From the NCBI GenBank assembly GCA_029261855.1, contig JAJDAN010000021.1, positions 15,212 to 79,211 on the forward strand: 64,000 nucleotides of DNA. The letters are read 5' to 3'. Below the pieces are notes generated by a model, which saw only the letters and a program-made list of their open reading frames with translations, did not search any database and had not been told where the DNA came from. Positions 1 to 8,513 of the stretch are shown piece after piece; the stretch's first letter is position 1, and the number at the start of each line of letters is the position of its first letter. This DNA comes from Deltaproteobacteria bacterium (GTDB lineage Bacteria > Myxococcota_A > UBA9160 > UBA4427). A program made the position numbers and the translations under genes.

Positions 1-643
1 GGACGCCGATGATCGCGTCGGCCTCGAGTGGACTGCTGATCTCCTCGCGCAGGAATTCACCGAGCGTTCGGCCCCCGGGATCGACCCGGCGAAAGACCTC
101 GTTCACGATCCAGCCGCGGGTGATGGCGTGGTACTCCCTTCTGCCGCTCTCCCCTTTTCCATTCGGCTTCCGGAATCGCAGCGGATGGGCCTCGATCACC
201 TTTCCGATCCGGTTCTGCTTGATGTTCGGCGTGAGCAGGTCCTCGGGATCGAGGGAGGTGGTGAAGGCGGCCATGCCGCCCTCGTGGCGCATCAGTTCCG
301 CGACGGTGAGATCGGCCTTTCCATTCGCCGCGAATTCCGGCCAGTAGTCGACGATCTTCGCGTCATATTCGAGCAGGCCTCTCCCCACGAGAGCGGCCAT
401 CGCGATGGCCTCGAGGCTCTTGCCACTGCTGAAGATGTTGACGATGGAGTCTGGCGAGAATCGGGCGTCGTTCGTCGTCGAGGCCCAGAGATCGACCACT
501 CGCTCGCCCTTGTGGTAGACGCAGAGCTGGGTGTTCTCCTCCGCCATCGTCCGCATCTCGTGCTCGTACAGCTGCTTCACGGACTCGAAGCCGGGCGCCA
601 CTGTTCCCTGGACTCGAACCTGCTCTCCCGCACCACGGCCCAT
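1..643 (-). CDS. Serine hydrolase, beta-lactamase family (class C/EstB-like), 3' part outside the window
   Basis: Manual translation of the minus strand from ATG at 643: MGRGAGEQVRVQGTVAPGFESVKQLY...QLCVYHKGERVVDLW...NIFSSGKSL (SxxK)...DYWPEFAANGKADLTVAELMRHEGG. Absent from the ORF track because it runs off the window edge. Confidence 0.85.
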   Translation of the reverse strand, partial: MGRGAGEQVRVQGTVAPGFESVKQLYEHEMRTMAEENTQLCVYHKGERVVDLWASTTNDARFSPDSIVNIFSSGKSLEAIAMAALVGRGLLEYDAKIVDYWPEFAANGKADLTVAELMRHEGGMAAFTTSLDPEDLLTPNIKQNRIGKVIEAHPLRFRKPNGKGESGRREYHAITRGWIVNEVFRRVDPGGRTLGEFLREEISSPLEADAIIGV

Positions 644-783
644 CGCTTTCCCCGATTCAGATTGGAGGCCAAGCGTACCAGGATGAAGGCCGTTTCGAGG
701 GGTGGCCGACGGGCCCGGCCGTGTATGATCGAGACCATCTGAAACCAACCAAGACGGACCGGGACGGATCGAGGCGGGCAACC

Positions 784-1686
784 ATGAGCGTCAGCGACCA
801 GGGTGCGAAGCGAGGGGTCTACCGGCGTTTCGTCAGCTACATCGACCGGACGCGCGAGTACTACGCCGCGCAGGGCTACGAGCGGCCCTATTCCTGGGCC
901 CAGTTCGACGACGCCCCCTTCACGCCGCTCCCCGGGCCCCTCTCGGAGCTGCGCGTCGCGCTGGTCACGACGGCGAGCCCGGTGGGCAAGCAAACGGCGT
1001 CGGACGGCGTCCTGCGCGGCGGCAAGGAAGTGTGGTCCGGCAGCACCGACGACCCGCCCGAGGCGCTCTTCACCGACGACCTCGCCTGGGACAAGGAAGC
1101 GACGCACACCGACGACGTCGAATCATTCCTGCCGATCCGCAAGCTGAGCGATTTCGCTGAAGCCGGACGGATCGGCAGCCTGGCCCCGCGCTTTCACGGC
1201 GTCCCCACCGACTACAGCCAGCGTCGCACCATCGAGCTGGATGCCCCGGAGATCCTGCGACGCTGCCGCGAAGACGGCGTCGACGTGGCCTTGCTCGTCC
1301 CCTTGTGACCCGTCTGCCACCAGACCGTGAGTCTGGTCGCACGCCACCTGGAAGCCAACGGCATCGCCACCATCGTGATCGGCAGCGCCCGGGACATCGT
1401 CGAGGAGTGCGGCGTGGCGCGCTTCCTCTTCAGCGACTTCCCGCTCGGCAATCCCTGTGGTCGCCCCTACGAACCCGACATGCAACGAGAGATCGTCGGC
1501 TACGCGCTCGACGTCCTCTCGAACGCGACGCTGCCGCGGACGACCGTGCAGACGCCCTTCGTGTGGAGCGAAGACGACTCCTGGAAGCAGGGCTACGCAC
1601 GCGTCGACGCCGAGAGCGCCGAGAAACTCCGCAAGGCCGGTGAAGCCCGTCGTGCCCGTCAGGCGAAGGCGCGGCCGACGGACTAG
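784..1686 (+). CDS. Selenoprotein, glycine/sarcosine/betaine/D-proline reductase selenoprotein B-like; Sec at TGA 1306-1308 (UxxC)
   Basis: ORFs 721..1308 and 1327..1686 are in the same frame. Read-through gives DGVDVALLVPL-U-PVCHQTVSLVARHLEANGIATIVIG...DFPLGNPCG, the GrdB/PrdB-like signature. SECIS-like hairpin follows the TGA. Confidence 0.9.
1319..1337 (+). promoter_or_regulatory. Putative bacterial SECIS hairpin
   Basis: ACCAGAC-CGTGA-GTCTGGT stem-loop; loop starts 17 nt after the TGA and has G at position 2. Confidence 0.7.
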
Positions 1687-1828
1687 AACGTCGAATTGTC
1701 GTTCTCCATCGCAGTCCGGCCCGGGTCTGGCTGTCGCCGAGAAGATCAGGGACGATGGAAGCCGCCAAGGGGGCTCCCCGTGCGGGCTCGACTCGCCCGT
1801 CCAGGAAGAGGCGAAGAGGAGAAGCGGA

Positions 1829-2584
1829 GTGGGTGATGTGGTCCTCGGTCTGGCTTCGCTGGTCGTCGTGGCGACCTCGATCGGTCTCTGGATCCGTGCA
1901 ACCAAGCGCCTGGAGATCCCGAAGAACCGGACCGGCTTCGTCGCGGCCTGGATCGTCGCAGCGAGCCTGGGCGTGGCGGCTCTCGCGGGCGAGCCGGGTT
2001 GGCTCGGAGGCATCGCGGCAGGTCTCGCCGTCTTCGCAACGGCCTTCCTGCTTCTGACCGTCGCGATCGGCGGCCAGAAGGTCGCGGGCAATGCCATCCG
2101 GGTGGGAAACACGATCCCCGCTTTCACGGCCAACGATGAACACGGGCAAGCCTTCGACTCGCAGAGCCTCGCCGGGCACCCGGTCCTCATCAAGTTCTTT
2201 CGCGGGCACTGGTGACCCTACTGTGTCGCCGAGTTGCGGCGATGGGAAGAACTGAGGCCCGAATTCGATGCGCGGGGTGTGAAGATCCTGACGGTCAGCA
2301 CCGACACCCCGGGTGAGCTCGCCAAGGGGCGTCGCAAGCACCACCTCGGCGCCACGATGCTCTCGGACCGCGAGCTGGCGGTGACCGACCGCTTCGGGCT
2401 GCGCAACCAGGGCATCCACTCCGGCCCGCCCCCGCCGATCGCCGCCAAGGCCCTGCCCGTCCCGACGTCCCTGCTGGTGGACGAGAACGGAAAGGTGCTG
2501 TGGATGGACCAGTCCGAGAACTATCAGCGGCGTTCGGACCCCGACTACGTCCTCGCGGCCCTGCGCGAGCACCTCGATTCATGA
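1829..2584 (+). CDS. Membrane-anchored AhpC/TSA (peroxiredoxin-like/redoxin) selenoprotein; Sec at TGA 2213-2215 (UxxC)
   Basis: GTG start after GAGGAG; about three N-terminal hydrophobic helices, then VGNTIPAFTANDEHG...PVLIKFFRGHW-U-PYCVAEL...PTSLLVDENGKVLW. ORFs 1457..2215 and 2234..2584 are in frame. Confidence 0.9.
2225..2243 (+). promoter_or_regulatory. Putative bacterial SECIS hairpin
   Basis: GTCGCCG-AGTTG-CGGCGAT stem-loop; loop starts 16 nt after the TGA and has G at position 2. Confidence 0.7.
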
Positions 2585-3267
2585 AGAAGTGGTTCGTTCG
2601 AACCGTCCTTGCGATCGCGATCTTGTTCCTGGCTGCGTTCTGGCAGCTCTTCTTTTCATCGCGCCCCGCGCTGACCATCGATCCGGCAACACTCGCGGGG
2701 GATGGCAGTACGATCGACTACTGCGATCTCGCTGAGCTCGACGGCCGCGGCAAGAAGGCGGCGGACATCCCGAAAGGGAACACGCCGGGCTGCAGCTACA
2801 GCCACTTCCCGCTGCCGGTCCTGGCCGAATGCACCGAGCCCCTCGTCTCCGGGGCGGCGGACATTCGCGGCCTGTGGATCGGCGTCGACGGGGTTCACGT
2901 CGGCCACGTGGAACGCGTGGAGCAATGCGGCCGGCGCACGGTGGTCACCTCGTCGGGCATCATCCACGACGCGGGTCCCAACAGCACGCTGGGCGAAACG
3001 ACCAACGACACCGAGGGCGGGGTCCTGTTCACGATCGGCGACCGTGAGTACTGCCCGCGGACATCCGCCAGCATGATCTGGAACGACGGCGTGCTCGACT
3101 TCCACGTGTTCGGCCAGGGCCCGGTCGTCGTGAGGCGCTATCTCGAGGGCGACCAGCTCGTCTGGGAATACGTCGACGGCAGCGTCACGCGGATGGATCG
3201 GATCTGCACCCTGCCCGAGGACCAGAAGGTCCCCAAGCCGCGAGGCCGGCGATTCCAACTCTTCTAG
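2581..3267 (+). CDS. Hypothetical exported or membrane-anchored protein, Cys-containing
   Basis: ATGA overlap with the upstream stop; signal/anchor MKKWFVRTVLAIAILFLAAFWQLFF; six Cys. Confidence 0.7.
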   Translation: MKKWFVRTVLAIAILFLAAFWQLFFSSRPALTIDPATLAGDGSTIDYCDLAELDGRGKKAADIPKGNTPGCSYSHFPLPVLAECTEPLVSGAADIRGLWIGVDGVHVGHVERVEQCGRRTVVTSSGIIHDAGPNSTLGETTNDTEGGVLFTIGDREYCPRTSASMIWNDGVLDFHVFGQGPVVVRRYLEGDQLVWEYVDGSVTRMDRICTLPEDQKVPKPRGRRFQLF

Positions 3268-3345
3268 TTTCGTCGGCAGATGCGAGACGTCAGAAGCGAG
3301 ATGTCAGCAACGAGATCCATCTCAGCCAGGGGAGCACGAACGGCC

Positions 3346-4500
3346 ATGGGTTTTGACGAAGTCGCCGCCGCGATCGATTCGATCGCTCATCAGTGGCGTG
3401 CAGCGAGGCCCGAGCGTCAGCGCCGGCGTCACCTGGAGCGGGCCGACTTCGGCCTTCTCCGCGACGCAGGGTTGCTGCGGGTCGGAGCGCCAGAGGACCA
3501 GGGCGGACTCTGGCGCTCGCTCGAGGAGTCGGCCCGCCCGACCTGTTCGCTGTACCGGACGCTGGCCGCCGCCGACTCCTCGGTCGCGCTCGTCTCGTCC
3601 ATGCACCCGGCCGTCATCTCCCTCTGGCTCATCAGTCCCGACCCGGACCAACCCGAATGGGAGGATCAGCGCAAGGCCGTCTTCGCCAGCGCGGTGGACG
3701 GCGTCCAGTGGGGCACCATCACGTCGGAGCCCGGAAGTGGCGGCGACATTTCGAAGACGAAGGCAACAGCCACGCCGGCCGAAGGCGAGCCCTTCCTCTC
3801 GGGTGCCCTCTACACCCTGCGCGGCGACAAGCACTTCGGCAGCGGCTCGGGAGTCACGCAACGGATGATGACGACCGCGATCCCCGACGGAGAGGACGAG
3901 CCCACGGTGTTCGTCCTCGACTTCGACGGTCGCCCGTGGGACGGCACCAGCGGCCTCGAGCTGATCGCCGAGTGGGACGGGGCCGGCATGGCGGCCACCC
4001 AAAGCCATGCCATGCGACTCCGGGGCGCTCCGGCGGTGCGACTCGGCTTCGATGGCCCGCTCGTCCCGATCGCCGCGGCCGCGGCCCCGTTCAACGCGCT
4101 TCTGTTTACGGCGGTCGTGCTAGGTGTCCTCGACGAGGCAGTGGCGCTGGCTCGAGAGCGGATCGCCGTCCGCGCCGAATCGCTCCGGCCCTTCGAACAG
4201 GTGGAGTGGACCCTGGCGGAACGCGACCACTGGGTCTGCTGTCAGAGCTACGAGGGTGCCATGCGCGCCATCGAAGGAGGCGACCCCGCCGCCTCGCTCT
4301 ACGCCGCGATGAGAGCCAAGCACGCTGTTGCCGAGCTCGCCGAATCGACGATGTTGCGGCTGACGCGGGTGCTCGGCGGCGGAACCTTCTCGCTGAGCTC
4401 ACCTTTTTCGCGTTGGTTCGAGGACGTGCGGGCTCTCGGCTTCCTGCGCCCACCCTGGGCGCTTGCGCACGACACGCTCTTCGCGACGTCGCTCGAGTAG
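3346..4500 (+). CDS. Acyl-CoA dehydrogenase family protein (DszC/hydroxylase-like)
   Basis: Motifs ITSEPGSGGD, LRGDKHFGSG, WDGAGMAATQSH, LGGGTFS...SRWFEDVRALGF. Start uncertain (3280/3301/3346). Confidence 0.8.
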   Translation: MGFDEVAAAIDSIAHQWRAARPERQRRRHLERADFGLLRDAGLLRVGAPEDQGGLWRSLEESARPTCSLYRTLAAADSSVALVSSMHPAVISLWLISPDPDQPEWEDQRKAVFASAVDGVQWGTITSEPGSGGDISKTKATATPAEGEPFLSGALYTLRGDKHFGSGSGVTQRMMTTAIPDGEDEPTVFVLDFDGRPWDGTSGLELIAEWDGAGMAATQSHAMRLRGAPAVRLGFDGPLVPIAAAAAPFNALLFTAVVLGVLDEAVALARERIAVRAESLRPFEQVEWTLAERDHWVCCQSYEGAMRAIEGGDPAASLYAAMRAKHAVAELAESTMLRLTRVLGGGTFSLSSPFSRWFEDVRALGFLRPPWALAHDTLFATSLE

Positions 4501-4539
4501 AGCGCGTACCCCTGCAGCGCCTGTACAAGGAGTCCCCCA

Positions 4540-5598
4540 ATGCCCCGACCCACGACCATGCGCGCGTGGCGCGTCCACGAGTACGGCGAACCCGAAGACG
4601 TTCTCCAGATCGACGAAGTCCCGGTTCCCGAACCCGGCCCCGGGGAACTGCTCGTTCGCGTCCAGGCGATCCCCCTCAACCTGAACGACATGGAGCGAAT
4701 CACGGGCAAGAACATGATGGTCCGCCCGCCGCTCCCGACGATTCCCGGGATGGAAGTGATGGGAATCGTGGAAGCGTGCGGAGAGGGAACGAGCGATCGG
4801 TTGGGCGAACGCGTCGTCGCGATGCCGGCCCGGGCCTTCGGCGGCTTTGCGGAGTACGCCGTGTGCCCCAGCGTATCCGCGTTCGAGATGGCCGCAGAGA
4901 TACCGCTTCCCGATGCGGCAGCGCTGTACTTCCCCTTCCATCTCGCCTGGCTCGGGCTCTTCGACCGCGCGGATCTTGGCAGTGGTGAAACCGTCTTGAT
5001 CCATGCCGCCGCGGGAGGGTCCGGGTCCGCCGCGATCCAGCTCGCAAAGAACGTGGGCGCACGCGTCTTCGCAACGGCCAGCTCGGAGGCGAAGCTCGAT
5101 CTCTGTCGAGAGCTGGGGGCCGATGTCGCGATCAACTACGCCGAGTCGAACTTCGCCGACATCGTCCTGGACGAAACCGACGGCAAGGGTGTGGATGTCG
5201 TCTTCGACAACGTCGGGGAAGCCGTGATGGCGGATTCCATGAAGTGCATCGCATACAACGGCCGCTACCTCATGATGGGCTTCGCCTCGGACAAGAGCGT
5301 GGTCGATGAGAAGTTCGTCGTTCCCCGCGCTCTCGCCGTGGGCAACTTCCGGCTCTGCGGCGCAATGCTGGCTTACGTCGACGAAAACACGTCCAAGGCG
5401 ATGAAGCGGGGCCCCGGGTGGAACTTCGTCCCCGAAGCCTCGGGACAGCGATTCATGCGAGAGATCAACGACCTCGTGCTCGCGAAACGCATCAAGCCAG
5501 TCATCGGCAGCGTCGTCGACTTCGCGGAACTTCCGGGCGCGATCGCCGCCCTCGCGAACCGCAAGACGACCGGGCGGACGATCGTGAGGCTCTGGTAG
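4540..5598 (+). CDS. NADPH:quinone oxidoreductase (MDR/zeta-crystallin family)
   Basis: PEPGPGELLVRV, IPGMEVMG, VLIHAAAGGSGSAAIQLAK, GVDVVFDNVG. Confidence 0.9.
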   Translation: MPRPTTMRAWRVHEYGEPEDVLQIDEVPVPEPGPGELLVRVQAIPLNLNDMERITGKNMMVRPPLPTIPGMEVMGIVEACGEGTSDRLGERVVAMPARAFGGFAEYAVCPSVSAFEMAAEIPLPDAAALYFPFHLAWLGLFDRADLGSGETVLIHAAAGGSGSAAIQLAKNVGARVFATASSEAKLDLCRELGADVAINYAESNFADIVLDETDGKGVDVVFDNVGEAVMADSMKCIAYNGRYLMMGFASDKSVVDEKFVVPRALAVGNFRLCGAMLAYVDENTSKAMKRGPGWNFVPEASGQRFMREINDLVLAKRIKPVIGSVVDFAELPGAIAALANRKTTGRTIVRLW

Positions 5599-5663
5599 GC
5601 TGTAGTCTACGCCGAGTTCGAAGCCGCACTTCTCCCCTTTTGAGTCACTCGCAGAGGCTACCC

Positions 5664-7415
5664 GTGCACGACTTGATCATTCGCGGCGGCACCCTGATCG
5701 ACGGAACGGGTGCGCCGGCCCGCCAGGCTGACGTCGCCATTGCGGGCGGCCTCGTCGTCGCTGTTGGGCAGGATCTCGGAAGTGGCCGCGAAGAGATCGA
5801 CGCGAGCGGGCTGATCGTCACACCCGGTTGGGTCGATATCCATACCCACTACGACGGCCAGGCCACCTGGGACGCCCACCTGACCCCCGCGCCGTGGAAT
5901 GGCGTCACGACAGTGGTCATGGGCAACTGCGGAGTCGGCTTCGCTCCCGTCAAGCCGGATCAACACGCCTTCCTGATCCAGCTCATGGAAGGGGTAGAGG
6001 ACATCCCCGGAAGCGCGCTCACCGAAGGCATCCAGTGGCAGTGGGAGACCTTCCCCGAGTTCCTCGATGCCTTGGAGGCGCGGCAGTTCGCGATCGATGT
6101 CGGCACCCAGGTCCCCCACGGCGCCGTCCGCGCCTACGTGATGGGTGATGCGGGCGCCAAGAACGAGGAAGCCAGCCCGGAAGACATTGCCGCAATGGCG
6201 GCAATCGCCAGAGAGGGTCTCGAAGCCGGGGCTCTCGGCATTTCCACCTCGCGGACGAAACTGCACAAGGCGAAGGACGGCGAGTTCGTGCCGGGCACCC
6301 ACGCTGCCTTCGACGAGGTACTGGGGATCGGGAGAATGCTGGGCGAGGTGGGACACGGCGTCTTCCAGCTGGCGGGCGACTACCTGCCGGAAGACACCGA
6401 GCTCGGCTGGATGAAGCAACTCAGCCGCGAAACTGGCAAGCGCGTCTTGTACAGCATGGTGCAAAGCGGTGGCGACCCGGACCAATGGCGACGATTGCTA
6501 CGGGCCTCCGAAGTCGATCGAGCCGAAGGAGGATTGCTGACCCCTCAGATCGCCCCGCGCCCGGCCGGTCTGCTCCTCGGCTTCGAGAGCAGCGTGCATC
6601 CCTTCCTCCTGCACGCGAACTTCTGGCCCCTGCTCAAGCTGTCCGTGGAGGAGAGGCGAGCAGCGTTGGCCACCCCGGAAACGAGGGCGTTGGTACTCAG
6701 CAAGCCCCCCGACTACAGCCAATTGAGCGGAGTCGTGGCGATGGTCATGCACGGTTTCGATCAGATGTTCGTGCTCGGCGAAGAACCCGACTACGAGCCG
6801 GCAGCAGAGCAGAGCATCGCTGCCATCGCGGAAAGGGAAGGCCGAACGCCCCAGGAGGTGGCGTACGACGTCATGGCTTCGGAGGGCGGCGACGGACTGA
6901 TCTTCCTGCCGATGCTGGGCTACGTCGACCGGGACCTCAACGCGACGGCGGAAATGATGCGCCACCCCAACAGCATCTACGGCCTGGCGGATGGCGGCGC
7001 GCACTGCGGCATGATCAGCGATGCCAGCATCCCCACCTTTCTGCTGACCCACTGGGCCCGGGACCGGACCCGTGGCGAGCGAATCCCCATCGAAGAGCTC
7101 GTGGAAAATCAGACCAGCCGGACCGCGAAGTGTTATGGCCTGGATGATCGCGGCGTGATTGCACCCGGCATGAAGGCGGACATCAACGTCATCGATTTCG
7201 ACAACCTGCGCATCCACGCCCCGAAGATCGCCTATGACCTACCCGCCGGTGGCAAGCGCTTCCTGCAGCAGATCACGGGCTATCACAGCACGATCTGCAG
7301 TGGCGAAGTGATCTATCGCCACGGGAAAGCGACTGGGAAACTCCCGGGCCGACTCATCCGGGGCCCCCAGTCCGCCCCCCGCGCCTCGGTCGAACCCGAG
7401 ATCGCCGGAAGATGA
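5664..7415 (+). CDS. N-acyl-D-amino-acid deacylase family amidohydrolase
   Basis: GTG start; DLIIRGGTLIDGTG, PGWVDIHTHYDGQ, VVMGNCGVGFAP, DGGAHCG, DRGVIAPGMKADINVID. Confidence 0.9.
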   Translation: MHDLIIRGGTLIDGTGAPARQADVAIAGGLVVAVGQDLGSGREEIDASGLIVTPGWVDIHTHYDGQATWDAHLTPAPWNGVTTVVMGNCGVGFAPVKPDQHAFLIQLMEGVEDIPGSALTEGIQWQWETFPEFLDALEARQFAIDVGTQVPHGAVRAYVMGDAGAKNEEASPEDIAAMAAIAREGLEAGALGISTSRTKLHKAKDGEFVPGTHAAFDEVLGIGRMLGEVGHGVFQLAGDYLPEDTELGWMKQLSRETGKRVLYSMVQSGGDPDQWRRLLRASEVDRAEGGLLTPQIAPRPAGLLLGFESSVHPFLLHANFWPLLKLSVEERRAALATPETRALVLSKPPDYSQLSGVVAMVMHGFDQMFVLGEEPDYEPAAEQSIAAIAEREGRTPQEVAYDVMASEGGDGLIFLPMLGYVDRDLNATAEMMRHPNSIYGLADGGAHCGMISDASIPTFLLTHWARDRTRGERIPIEELVENQTSRTAKCYGLDDRGVIAPGMKADINVIDFDNLRIHAPKIAYDLPAGGKRFLQQITGYHSTICSGEVIYRHGKATGKLPGRLIRGPQSAPRASVEPEIAGR

Positions 7416-7582
7416 CGAGCATCGTCACGGAGCGCACCCGCAGCAGCGCGCTGTAGTTCAACTGAAACATCACTTCGGAGCCGATCGCCGGGCTGCTCGG
7501 GCCTGTGAGCCGCTGGACGCTTCGACGAAGCCACCCTCCAACCCGCCGAGCCCCCTCCAGATCGTCGACCAGGAGGAGGCGT

Positions 7583-8460
7583 GCTGCCGGAGCGGCCCGC
7601 TACAGCGCGGGAGTACCGGTCGATTCGTTAATCTCGGCGCATGCGGACCCTCCGCTTCGTTCTGTTGCTCGGAGCGGCGCTTGCTCTGGTGGTCGTCATG
7701 TGGAGTCGGATCGTCGATGGCATGTTGTTCCACCCGACGCCGGGTGTGGACATCCGGCCCGAAGAGATCGACGTGGCGGCCGAAGACGTCTACCTCGAGA
7801 CCGAGGACGGGGTCCGCATCCATGGCTTCTGGCTGCCCGCGCCGGGCGCCACCCGAGCCATCCTCTTCCTGCACGGCAACGCTGGGAATGCGTCGCATCG
7901 ACTGCCCAACGCCGCCGGACTCGTCGATCTCGGCGCGAGCGTGCTGCTGCTCGACTACCGCGGCTATGGGATGAGCGAGGGCACGCCTAGCGAGGTCGGC
8001 GTGATGGCCGACGCGCGCGCCGGTCTGTCGTACTTGACCGGACAGCGCGGCGTACCCGAAGAGCGCATCGTCGTGTTCGGCCGGTCTCTCGGCGGCGCAG
8101 TCGCCGTCGATCTCGTGCAGGATCGAACCGTCGCGGGCTTGATCCTCGAGAGCACGTTCACTTCGCTCTCCGGCATGGTCGGCCGCATCCTGCCGCTCGC
8201 CGCTCCGTTCGTTCGGGGACGGTTCGATTCGGAGGCGAAGATCGCGCGCCTGCGCGCGCCGCTGCTCTCGCTCCACGGCGATCGGGACGAAATCGTGCCC
8301 TTCGCGCTCGGCCGCGCCCTCTTCGATGCAGCCCCCGAGCCCAAGGCATTCGAGGTCATCGCCGGCGCGGGCCACAACGATACGGTCCAGGTCGGCGGAC
8401 GCCCGTACTACGAGCGGATCCGGCGCTTCCTCGACGAAGTCGCGCCCGTCGAGGGATGAG
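7583..8460 (+). repeat. Long diverged direct repeat, copy 1 (paired with 26135-27013)
   Basis: Shared upstream CGATTCGTTAATCTCGGCG and the whole hydrolase gene; 28 of 272 aa differ by manual comparison. Confidence 0.9.
7641..8459 (+). CDS. Alpha/beta hydrolase, ABHD13/Bem46-like (copy 1)
   Basis: FLHGNAGN, DYRGYG, GRSLGG nucleophile, HGDRDEIVP, GAGHND. Confidence 0.9.
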   Translation: MRTLRFVLLLGAALALVVVMWSRIVDGMLFHPTPGVDIRPEEIDVAAEDVYLETEDGVRIHGFWLPAPGATRAILFLHGNAGNASHRLPNAAGLVDLGASVLLLDYRGYGMSEGTPSEVGVMADARAGLSYLTGQRGVPEERIVVFGRSLGGAVAVDLVQDRTVAGLILESTFTSLSGMVGRILPLAAPFVRGRFDSEAKIARLRAPLLSLHGDRDEIVPFALGRALFDAAPEPKAFEVIAGAGHNDTVQVGGRPYYERIRRFLDEVAPVEG

Positions 8461-8513
8461 GGGGACTGCGCGGGCAGGCTGAGGGCGCGGCGCAGGGCCT
8501 CACGTCCGTGCTC

